From Psilocybe cubensis (lineage: Eukaryota), in the NCBI GenBank assembly GCA_017499595.2, contig CM039006.1, positions 372,001 to 436,000 of the forward strand: DNA of 64,000 bases. Reading direction: 5' to 3'. A program made the translations under genes and the position numbers. The notes below the pieces were generated by a model. The model searched no databases. It worked only from the letters and a program-made list of their open reading frames with translations, and was not told the origin of the DNA. Position 1 is the stretch's first letter; each line of letters starts with the position of its first letter. Below are positions 51,449 through 63,256 of this stretch, one piece after another.

Positions 51449-53990
51449 TTATTTTTGACGTCTTTGCCTCTTGGAAGGGAGCCCATTCAGATGGTTACTA
51501 CTGCCCAATGAAAGACTTTGATCTTCATGAATATTGCTCGAGGCTGGTGGACGAGACATGACGTTTGAGGTACCTTGCAGTGCTGTGTTAGCACTATTAT
51601 CCGTCGTTTGAGCGAGCCGTGTAATACCTTGAAACAACGCCCCCAGCTCATTTGGCGAAGCATTATGGCGAGGTGAATGGTTATTGGGTTGGTTAGTATT
51701 TTGCCAAAGTGCTGCAATGTCATTTGGGGACTGTGCAACGTAGGCACTAGGGCTCTCCGACAGCTCTGAGGCAGGTTTTAAGTCCCTGAAAAGCTCTCCT
51801 AATTCGTCCGGTGATGAAATATAACAGTTTGGATGATACGTGGGTGGTGTATCTTCTGTAAACCCTGAACGTTTATTGGGGGTCTGGGCCTCTGACCTCT
51901 TCAAAGGCTCTGGATTAGGTAGGATGTCCATAAAGAGTTCGCTTAATTCATCCGTCGAAGCAATGTGGCGAGATGGGTAGCATTTAGGCGTCGAATCCTC
52001 GCGCATTGTTGTACACTCTTGCGGAGACTGAGTTCCAGTATACTCGACATTTGAAAATGGACCTGAAGGTGGAAGAATACCCCTGAAAAGATTTCCTAAC
52101 TCATCTGGTGAAGGATTAAGGTGAGGCGCATAGATTTCCGGTGAGGATTGGCGAATTACGTCGACTTGGGGTGTGATTTCCTTGTACAATGTTGCAGGCA
52201 CATTAGAAGGCCGCGTTCCATTAATATCAAGATTGGGGTACAGGCCTGCAGGTGGTAGAATGTCCCTGAAAAGATCTACTAAATCATCTGGTGAAGGATT
52301 AAGGCGAAGTGCGCAGATTTCCGGCGAGGATTGGCGATCTACGTTAATTTGGAGCGTTACATCCTCGTCCCGCGTTGAACGTACATCAGAAGGTCGCGTT
52401 GCAGTAATATCAGGATCGATAGAGAGGCCTGAGGGCGGTAAAATATCATTGAAAAGTTCTCCTAAATCATCTGCCGAAGGGTTCAGGCGAAGTGTTTTGA
52501 TTTCCGGCGAGGATTGGCGATCTATGCCGAATTGGGGTGTTATTTCCTCGTATAATGTCGCGAGCACATTAGGAGACTGTATCCCCAGTATCTCCATATC
52601 AAATGATCGGCCTGGAGTTGAAGGGATGTCCCTGAAAAGATCTCCTAATTCATCTGCCAAAGGAATACGGATGGGTGGGTGGAATTCGGGCGAGTAACTT
52701 TGGATAGGTTCTTGGATATGGGGCTTTATATCCTCGTACAACTCTGCCATTTCATCGCGGGACCGTGCGCTAGCAAAACCTGGTGATAGTGACGCTTGCA
52801 TAGAAAGATCGCCCATTTCTTCTGGCGAACCACACGAGATATCAGGACCAGAATGGGGCGGTACAGTTTCTACAGGCACGGTGCCTTGATCGGTTTGGAT
52901 TGATTCTGAGCGGTACAGCAGTGCAGGGGACGGAAGCGGGGAGAGACTGTAATCATCATCCAATTCTGACGGTTTCCAGTCTTTCGAACGGTGTTTTGAA
53001 TCCCGAACCAAAGGCGGGTCATTGCATGACGTCGCACGTTGAAATGCCGGTGTTGATATCCTATTCTTAGGTGTTTCGGTATCAACGCCGCTGGAACGCT
53101 ATTCCTCTGCAGAAACACGCACCTATCAACATAGTCAACACCTCCAATCTCCGTAATATTGTTACCCATCTCGGTAATGCCCATTTTCCAATGGTCCCTA
53201 TTCATCCCTTCGGCCTTCGAAGCGTCATGCAGATTCCAGTATTCCTCTGCCTTTCTGAAAATGACACTCTGATGGCTCGTTTGAGCTTCAGTCATTACCA
53301 TAATTGTTCGCCGAGCGTTCTGAAGTGGTTCAAAGAGCATTCGCTCTCCTGGTGTCATGGCAAACGAGGATGGAGTGATATCGCTACCAAGAGACTCAAT
53401 AAAACGATGTTTATTTTCTATTCCTATTAGTTTCCTGTGGTGTGATAAACACTCGCCGATTGAACCATCGTCTATGACAGATCGCCAACTTGGCCTGAAT
53501 TCTTCCCACCACGGTCTTTTGTAGCTCGCTACTACTTCCCCACGGTCTTCATCGCGTGTTATGTTAAGCGCTTGCACGAACTCGACGTTGAATTGCATGG
53601 GTAGATCCTCTGGAGCAATTCTCCCTAAAGAAAATGCCAACGAACGCAGCGTAAATGGTACATCAACAACTTGTCCCATTGATGTGATCAAGCCCACGTA
53701 AGTCAAAAAGTAATGCTGTAAAACCATTAGTAAAAGGTATCCCATTAATTGAGTTACTAACCAGTTCTTTTCGTAGGCATTTTTGGAATGGAGCTTGATC
53801 TTCCATCGGTTTTTTTAAAATCTCGTCCACCGCTCGTTTTAATCGTGATTCCCCATAGTAGACGAGCTCTTGTATGTGTTCGCGGTACTGCTTTGCCGAT
53901 TCAGATGCAAAACCATGTAGATCGAAAGGATCGATTGAAGAAAACGTCATGGACGGTCACCGCAGATGTGTTGGACTTTTTCAAGATTCA
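51449..53990 (-). CDS. Hypothetical protein with 61-aa (183-bp) tandem repeats; probably one gene spanning ORFs 53663-53950, 52870-53745 and 51449-53011
   Basis: ccctgaaaag/cattgaaaag recurs at 52081, 52264, 52447 and 52630 (exact 183-bp spacing). Motif SSPEI..LNPSxDELGxLFxDILPP. Intron around 53716-53761. Confidence 0.6.
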
Positions 53991-55250
53991 TGATTCAATT
54001 TTTTTTACGCTGAACCATATCTATTTTTAGATTAACCCCTTTTTATAGCCAGGCTTGGTAATACGAAATAGGTAATCTGTTCGCCTCGCCAAGTCACCCC
54101 ACATGGCTGCTTGGCGATTGGCATAGGCTGCTCGCCCCTTTTGTACCACGTCATTAGCAGAGGCATCACCAGCCATTGCCGCTACTGCACTGTTCATCCA
54201 CTATTTCTCCTTTCGTAGGAAATATCTCATCGTTCAGTCCATTTCGTACCCAAGAAGCATAGCCTCTTCTCGCCATCTGTGGAACTGTGCTCTGGCACGT
54301 AGCCAATGGACCCGTTTGACTTGGTGTGACGTTCCGGTCTGTTTCCCACACCCCGATAATCCTCTTTTTTATCTTATCTTTAATTTTCGTTTCTGTGGAC
54401 TTCACCTTCGCTCCGTCCACCCGATACACGCACCCCGTTAGCTCATTTTCTTCATTCTATGTTCCTAATCCTTCATTCTATTCCCCTTGAAACTGACTTA
54501 TACTCCACCTTCATGTGTTTCCCAATTAACCCTCTTTTATCTTTTTCTTCGTCTACTTCTTTTGGACACCTTATCCTTTACAGTATAAATACAGCTATGT
54601 AGTAGCTACAGAAAAGCATCGAATACAGAGTACTTTAACCTGTCTATTCGACCTCTAAGCTTCCTTTCGAAACCTTTTCCGTGTGCCGCTACGGAACTGC
54701 TATTACTCTCCGAGCCACAGTTGTCACTAGCGTCACACTTGGAACAAGGTAAGTAAAAATATCACTTATATTAAGGGATGGATTACGAACATTCTATCAG
54801 TGTTTCTGGATCTGTATCCTCCAGGTTAAAAGGTCCATTATCAGGATCGCCAATTCTTATTTCGCCGTTCTCCGCCACAATGTTGGGCCCATGCCTAGAA
54901 ACCCTGAAAGACTTCTCCGTATTTGCGGCGAGTAGTGGCATGGAGAACGGACATGTTCTGGCGTGTGAGCCTTTGCCGAATCTCAGCGAAATGAATTGCA
55001 GGTCACCTCAGGTTGGAGAGGGTGATGCAATTCAGGCGAGCATTGCTATGGCAAACGTCGGTCGCGGGACTTGGCGAGGGTGATGCGATGCAGGCGAGCA
55101 TGCCTTTGACGAATGTTAACACCTATGACGACGCAACATGTAAGGAGTGCCTGGATGAGCAGTGTCCTAACGTCATTCTGCGTTTATTTATATCTCCGAG
55201 TCCGATGTATTGCCATGCCTGAAAAAATGCAGACCGTAGGCATTGCGTAC

Positions 55251-57450
55251 TAGGGCGATGGTGGTGTAGTAAAGAGGGAACACAACTCCAACAGACAAGT
55301 ACAAATAACCAGCGCGACCAGATAGGAAGCGGGAGGTCCAGCACCAAACAAGGAAGTAAAGGCAGGATCCCAGGATGTTCCATGGCAGTTCAGCCAGAAT
55401 TTGGGCAATGATGTGGGCGGTCCAGCTGTACATTCCGCTTGGGTGCTTCCTGACCTCGTAGATAGTACGGGTAGCGACGAAGGGAACTTGCAACATGTTC
55501 ACCAACGGTTGACTGTAGAAATATTGGTCAGTTTCGTGAACTCAACAAAGTAATTGAAACCAACTTCAAGACGAGAAGCATGTAAACAGTCTAGTAAAAG
55601 GAGGTTATGAGATCGAAGATCAAATCCTAAAACGAACAAGACTTACACATATACAATTCTGAACGTTTTGTATACTGTCCTGGTTCTTGAGAAAGACAGA
55701 CCAATGAAGAAGCCACCAGCAACATTGAGGATGAGCTTGGCGATGCGGTAATGGTCAGCAGCTCCTTGTTTAAATGACAAGTTCGATGACCTGGTTGCGC
55801 CATGGGGTGGGGTATTCAATCCTGAGATCAGTTTCAACAGCAGGTTGACTTCGTCCAATTGTATGGATCTCCTGGATTTCCTGCTCAGTCCTGACTGCCT
55901 CGGGGAGCGTTTCCAAACTTCGTGCCAGTTGATGCTGCTGAAGGCAGTCGCTCCGGCACCAATAACGTCCAACATATATTCGGCACTAGAAATTAGACGG
56001 AGATAGATCAGGATAAGGCATCAGTGTAACGGTTAAAAATAACGCACGGATTTTCTTCAGGAAGACATGGGCGAGCACCGTTGGAGTCGAAGTAGTGCAG
56101 CAAAGTTTCAGCATTGTGTCCAAGGTCACCGAAGTAGACTGTTTAGCCACCCTTCTCCTCAACAAAAGGAAGCGATCGAAGACCTGGTAAATTTTGGTCA
56201 GTCAAGGTACAATAAAATTGTGTCAAACGACGTACATGGAACAATTCAGCGAAAGGTTTTTTGACAAAAAAAAAAATCATTAAGATGGCAAAGAGGTACA
56301 TCACCGCAGAAGCTCACTTGATGAATCCTAATGAATAAGACAGATCAGTATATAAATAATTGATAATAGCTGCTTACCTACGTGCATAGGATAGCCTGGC
56401 TTTGTTCGGCCAAGCTTCGCAAGAAGGCAACAATGTTCCAGGCACTCTGAGAGTCAAGACCAGATGTGGGCTCGTCAAGGAAAAGCAAATTCTGGGCTAT
56501 CATAGAATAATTAAGATGCATGTCGACACGGGAGCTTCATAAACACGCATAGCGTGTACGAGAACCGCAAGCTCTAAATTTCACATTTGCTGTCAAAACT
56601 CCGGTGCGTGATCACCATCACAGACCCATACTGCCTCGGAGCTATCCATTGGCGTTCCTCCATTGCCTTCTTCAGCGCCGTGAATTAGCAGGACATTGGC
56701 ATATTTTGAGTGTTTTTCTCCTCTACAACAGTTTTGACGGGCCAAAATAACCAAATCTACGCGTATAGGGTCCTACGTAGTCAGGTTAAACCATTTTTTG
56801 ACCAAATTATGTATGGTCCTGATATCATTGACGCAAACGTCTGGAGATCTGAACATGTAGTCAAGTCGACGCTTCACCGAGAGTGAGTAATTCTGTGTTA
56901 AACCAACTGCCGTCAGTGTTAGACAATGTATTGTCTATATACTAGCTTGAATAACATACATTTTTTTGCATCTATATACAATAATGTGAATGAGACTCCA
57001 ACTTAAATTATCCACCGGGGCGGTGTCAAGTCAACTCGTCGAGCTGTAAACGACGAAATTCAGCTTCATAAAACTCTGGCAAGTCAGAAATGCGTCCGTT
57101 TCAACGATTTAGCAATGCAATGGTGCTCTAGGGAGTCTTTATATTCCTAGAAGCTGGGATTTTGCAATTTATTCCACAGATTTCAAAGGTAGAAACGACT
57201 TAACAAGGTCTCCATACTGGGAAACCGATAGCTCGGAGGCAGTATGAATTTGTGATGGTGATTACGCACCTGAGTTCTGACAAGCGAATTCGAGATTTAG
57301 AGCTTGCGGTTCTCGAACACCGTAATAGCACCTTCACCGCGAGTTCGGCACCGATGGTGGTTCGTTTCCTTAGTTCCACGCCAAGGGATCCGACAATAGC
57401 GTTCCTTTCATTCCAAAGGCCATACAAGTGAAGGCATTGATCGACACTTT
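55251..57450 (-). pseudogene. PDR/SNQ2-type ABCG transporter fragment (NBD2 + part of TMD2), disrupted
   Basis: [77 protein letters not shown]. Frameshifts near 56140 and 55890; no N-terminal half. Confidence 0.85.
56552..57322. mobile_element. Non-autonomous TIR element (TA TSD, about 95-bp TIRs), 771 bp, inside an intron of the ABC fragment
   Basis: TA|gcgtgtacgagaaccgcaagctctaaa..gagctatc (56552-56646) is the imperfect reverse complement of gatagctc..ttagagcttgcggttctcgaacaccg|TA (57227-57322). Excision restores a ~60-nt GT-AG intron. Confidence 0.85.
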
Positions 57451-58519
57451 ATAATGCAATTTAACAATTGAAGTGAGTAGAGTAAAAAGGGACTTGACCG
57501 AAAGATAAAGCGTTTAACTCAAATTGAATTATTTCAAAGTTCTAGTCATAACATCCTTAATTAAGAGTGGGTAGCCTTTGCTTTACAGCAAGGCCATAGG
57601 TCCTGGGAACGCATCAAACCGAACATGTCTGCTGATGTAAGTGGGTGATTTTCGAGGCTCCTCGTGACTTGAGTAATTCACGGAATGTCTAGCTATTTTT
57701 CTGTAGTCATGCCATCCTACGACTATAAAATGTAAATCAGTAAACCATTGCTATGGAACGAGGGGACTTTTACATACCATTTGACCCACTTATCAAAACT
57801 TATAGCCGGACATAGATAGCTTCATTTACGAACATATATTATGTATACACGGATTAGTACACTGAACAGTCTCGGAGAACTCTTTGATTGGTGTCATGTT
57901 AGATTAATATTCAACACTTATGCAATATCTATCCACTCTACGACTTTACCCGATTGTTAATGGTATTTCTATGTTCGTCCACAGGATAACCACAGCAACA
58001 TTTAGAACTCTGTAATTAGAAGGAGTCTAATCCTCACAACATATACACATTACATTATTGAGAACTAATTAGTCATATGAAACACGACGCAAATATTCTA
58101 TGCGAATGACAACAGAATCTATTGTAAATGACGGACTAATATAAAACAGAGTACTTTAACGCCAACCAACTTGAAAGCAACACCGCTCGTTTCCACTTGT
58201 GACAGCTAAACAATGTTCACCGCAATCGAAGAAACTTTCGCAAAAGATCAAAGGAACACCAATAACTTGATTACGTTTGAAACGTATCCATTCCCTTCAA
58301 AGCTAATAGAAATTGCTTAGTAAGTTCGAGCTTTACAAATTACGGATTGACTGAAAACTTCGAAATCGTCTAGCCCTCTAGATACAAGAGGCTTTATAGT
58401 ACCGCCTACCTTATTAAAGGCTTACTCTAAGAGCCATGAAAAATTTCTAATGCCTAAATGCTTCCATGGAATGGAAACGAGTATCATCGTCTTTAAAAAG
58501 TCAATGCTGATCGAGTATA

Positions 58520-58646
58520 CCTCCTCAAAAAACTCCTACTACTAGTGTCATCTTAATTTCGCCAGTGCCGAGAGGTTATAGGTTGATTATTGGTCCAGGT
58601 GGTCAAGAGTACTTGGTGCCTTGCCATCTGGTTGAAGACATAAATC

Positions 58647-58686
<40 letters not shown>

Positions 58687-58907
58687 TTTTTTGAATCCTA
58701 TGAACATAAAAAAAGGATGGGTTTAGAAAGAACAATGGCATCGGTACTATATGCTCATCTTGTCCTGTGTCTATTGTACTGACTTTCGCGTTTGAAAAGG
58801 AAGAAAACACATATGGAGACCGCCGCATCCCATAAAGGAGGTACATTTACTTCTCCCACCAAACCTTCTGTAAGCATCCGCTTTTCTATACAATTTTTAA
58901 AATTGGA
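58520..58907 (+). repeat. Copy B of the dispersed inverted duplication (partner 44232-44594)
   Basis: Reverse complement of copy A with an expanded poly-T tract; reads PVPRGYRLIIGPGGQEYLVPCHLVEDIN on +. Confidence 0.88.
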
Positions 58908-59355
58908 TGGCGTAGAATCAGGAGCCATGTATTCCATGGGTAGCAGAACGTGTAACGTATTTGTAAGAGACGCAAGAGAGCTTGCCCTGTTCGGTAGCAA
59001 GTCACTGTCGTGAGTTATCAACTCGCGATTTCCATAAACAGTGAAGATGTACATATTTAGCAATGTGTGTTTATGACTCGAAGGATTCGTTGTCGATCGT
59101 TTTACTTGTAGTGGAAATAATCACAGGGTTACATCTTATCTCGTGAATTATCGGTCGTGCTGACTGTCATATATCTGTCATCGAACCTGTTAAGCATAAT
59201 CATCATGACTAATGACTGATCCTGGATGATCCTTCTTCTCCGGGTAATTGGATGAACAATTTCTGTGTGTCGTTCTTGTCGACCCTATATGATGCTATTT
59301 TCTCGAACCATTTCAGTTATAAAGGTTCGTGGTTCAATTTATCGTTCATCTAATC

Positions 59356-60964
59356 ATGTCAGACCCTGATATGTGTAGAAAAGGTATCCCTGTCGATACC
59401 GATAAAGGATACAGCGCGTCGACCTTTCACCGCATTGGTCAGTTCCAACGTCTTCTGCATCCTGTTATAAATGGAATCAGTTGTAGAGGTGTAGTATTTC
59501 TATTGAATGAACATTTAACATTCTGCTAATTTTTATTTTATTTATGTATCAGCCTCTATGATTCCTTTTTTAAATTCGTTCATATCTTCAAATATATTTG
59601 ATACACTCAACTGTGTTGATTACCAGTGCGGCTTGCGTGATAGACAATCCGTTTGTTCGTATTCAAATGGTATGTATAGTACAACGCTCATCAAAGCGTA
59701 TAATTCGAACTTGTTTGTAGAATCTAAAGCTAGTGGCAAGTCCTTTCTTGCGATAGGCACTTGCCAGGGATCCATCAAGGTCGTTGACGCACGACGGAGG
59801 TGTTTATGGGAACGTGGTGCGTTTAATTCTCTCTGGTCACAGCACTTCTATGTCGGTTTTTATTTTTCGTATTCCTTCCCTCGCGTAGAACCTAGGGGAC
59901 GGCAAGTTATACGTCATCGGTCCTACATAAGCGATTTGAAATGGAAGAGGGATGATACATCGTTATTGGTTGGTACGTCTACTCATTCAAGGTACGTGGG
60001 AGACGATCATCCCGGTGCATTTGTCGTAAACGTCGAAGATCGAGTTATAACGCATTGGTTACACGGACATATCGAGCCGGTTAAATGTGTCATGTGGCAT
60101 CCTATGAGCGAGTCGCTTGTGTACACCGGAGGTAGAGATGGTGCTATATCCCTTTGGGATTTACGGATGAATCCATCAGTTCGTTTATCTTCGGGGTCGA
60201 CTGGTCTTAGGTCTGTCGCTACTATCGTTCATGCCCATCAGGTTGTAGGATCTTCTCCGGAACCCACCATTACGGGGCTCGTGTTGCAAGACACTGCCAC
60301 TTATAATGTAATAAGTAGTTGTTCCGCGAATGGGTGAGTGTTTTATCAGACGATAGAAAAGTGTGTCTCATTGTCTTTTGGTAGTTTTCTTCGATTATGG
60401 GATCTCAGATCGACTAATACCTACCTCTCGTGCTCTAGTTTGGACCCGACCGTCTACAACCATCGCCAGTCTAGGGGTATTGTGTCGCTGGTATCGGGGG
60501 TCAAGGAATCGGACGGTACTATATTCGGACTTGGCACCGATGCAAGGATATATGTGTATTGTGTGTTGGATCTAAACGTCTACAGTAGCCAAAACCCATG
60601 CGACAGTCTCTGGGGGAGTCCATCATTTTATGTGAAATCGTCACTCTCACCGTGTGGTCGATGGTTGGCATACGGAGGAGGGCCTCACAACGGGGATGCT
60701 TTCATTTTCAGTGTTGCACGCGACACTCGATTAGATGTCGGACCCATCCACGCTGTGAGGTTGAGGGGGGGTTCGTCTAGCTCGTGTGGAGTGGACTGGT
60801 CCAGCGATTCATTGGCTGTCTGTGCGGAAGCTGGAAGGGTCCGTATATGGCGGTCCGACCCCGGGAAGCGGAGAGAATGTGAGATACAACCTGATATCAA
60901 CAAAAATAAATGGAGTTGGGCTACGACTATTTCACAAAAACATGGTTATTATAATCGGATATAG
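59356..60964 (+). CDS. WD40 protein, diverged Cdt2/DTL-like (CRL4 substrate receptor), multi-exon
   Basis: ASMIPFLNSFISSN..CSYS, LAIGTCQGSIKVVD, H..ISDLKW, LHGHIEPVKCVMW..TGGRDGAISLWDLR, SSCSANG-LRLWDLR, SFYVKSSLSPCGRWLA, RVRIWR. SFYVK..SP is characteristic of Cdt2/DTL. Confidence 0.72.
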
Positions 60965-62240
60965 GGTATGATATATGTAATTAGATATTAGATTGCGATG
61001 AATATCGGTCAGGTCATGGAATTATTAATAATAAAGTGGTACCATATTTCACGCAGGTCGGTTGGGTCCATTGCGGGTAGTTATCATTGCTGTTGGTAAT
61101 CGAATGAAGGTTTAACCAAGGTTCATATTTCCGACATAAGTCAATACCAGTATAATGCAAAGTGACTGTAGCATGGTTCTGGTACAGAGCATAGGGGTAT
61201 CGGTGCATGAGTAATCGATATACAGGTAAAGTATTGTTTGTTCACTGGTGCTCTACAGTAGAAACATACATGCATTTATATTTTGTGGCTACATCAGTGA
61301 CTTATCAGTATTTAGTAATCTAATCGGACAAAGGAGATCGAATAGCCGACCTTTATCTGACTATGTAATAAACCTGTCACGTGAGCATACTGACTCGCCA
61401 ACGCGTACCCTATTCATCAGATTCGTGTTCTAATATTGTATACTCGTTGATATTTGATTAACATTTTCTTTCATCATGGATACATATGAACCTCTGGTAC
61501 TGGATATATAACGAGTATATACAGACTATACACAAATGACTGCATAGGAACTTTATTTAAACAGAATATTAATTTAACAAAAGATGTTTAAATATAAATA
61601 TATTTTACTTACGGTACAATCCATGTCATGTTCTGTTCTTTTCCATCTGAGTCGAGAGGTTTTATGTGCAGAAGAAGTGTACACTGGAGCCCCAATCAGG
61701 TATAGTAAATGACAAGTAATGTTATAAACTTACGTGCATGGCTTGGTGACATTTAACAATCCCATAGATACATCTGCCTTGACCGTCAATATAAAAAATT
61801 TTTACACCGATCTACAAAAATTGTTAGTATAGATAATTCATAAAATAGATGTTTAACTAACAGGAAAGGATCCAGCGTCCTGATGAGTTTCATTTGCATT
61901 TGGAATGGATGAAGAAGTGTTCATACTGTAGTACGTATTGTATGATAGAAACGAGTAGCAGAAGATATCGGTAATGATTAGGCTGCTAAAAGGGTATATT
62001 TATACAGGATACAGCTGCTATGCCCTATACCCTGATGCCCGTAACCCTCTACCCTAAATCTTAACGATTTCTATTCGAATTTCTATTATTCTCATATGTA
62101 ACTTAGTTTTAACTATTATTAGATCAATATTCTTCAGATCGAACTAGACCTGTCAGCCCACCCCACCCCTGCAGTGAAAGTCCTTGTCGTAAAACAAGCT
62201 CTCAAATTTTGCTTTATCTAATTGAATACATATATATTAC

Positions 62241-62393
62241 TCATTCAATACAGTTCCAGCTTTACGTATATTTATTAATCATTTGATACAGCCCTAGCTT
62301 TACGTGTACTTACTATTCATTCAATACAGCACAGACTTACGTGTCCTTACGTGTATTTCTTACTCATTCAATATAGCACTGGCTTTACGTATA
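62241..62393. repeat. Degenerate tandem repeat, about 38-bp unit, 4 copies
   Basis: tcattcaatacag..ctttacgt(g/a)ta at about 62241, 62279, 62317 and 62364. Confidence 0.75.
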
Positions 62394-62764
62394 AAAATGT
62401 ATAATACTAAATTAGTAAGTTTCTCTTGATATTGGTTATGCACTAACTCAAATGGAATAGAACAAGTATATATATATATATAACTAATGTTAGCAGTCAA
62501 TTCTATTATATGTACGTTCTATTTATATGATTGATTTTTATCAAATCTATCAAATATACGGTCCAACTTCTACGGAATTAGCATGTTTTTGAAACAAGTA
62601 TACAAAAGTTGTTTCATCATCATTTAGAATCTAACTGCATTTAAATTGTTTTTTTGTGGTCTAGCGGCCAACATACCTATCTAGCCGGTGTCTAGCATTT
62701 TAATTTCCGTAACCCTGCATAATGTATACTAATTTGGCAATAGTGTGATGTAACCTAAAGCAAT

Positions 62765-62882
62765 ATATTGTATTAATACAATGACAGTGGCGTTGATAGC
62801 ACATATTGTATTAATACAATGATAGTGGCGTTGATAACACAGTATATTGTATTAATGCAATGGCAGTGGCGTTGATAGTACA
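62765..62882. repeat. Tandem repeat, 38-41-bp unit, 3 copies, each containing the palindrome ATTGTATTAATACAAT (third copy has one mismatch)
   Basis: atattgtattaatacaatga(c/t)agtggcgttgata at 62765, 62803 and 62844. Confidence 0.88.
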
Positions 62883-63256
62883 GGACTATAGTAATGGAAG
62901 CAATTAAAGAAAACTAAAACAGTATTAGTAACATAGCAACAGTGATATTGATGATGATAGATTTGATAATAGTATCAATACTATAGTGATATATTAATAG
63001 AAGTATTCAAATGACATCGGCATATTACTAATTGCACTAATTGTATAGCAACAAATGCATTGAAAATTAGTCATTTTATTAAATGGTGAAAAAATGACAC
63101 CATTTTATTAAACAGTGAGAAAATGGCGCCATTTTGTTATATTATATTAGTAATCTACTCTTGAGCTTGTCCTATTTAAAGCGTAAATTGCAATAACAAA
63201 GTTTTATTGCATCACATTCAAATCGTGTTTGTCGTTTATTAGTCCTTCTTGTCATT

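Noticed and set aside
62020..62060. CCCT-rich stretch resembling telomeric repeats
   Set aside because: Only one true CCCTAA; too degenerate to call.
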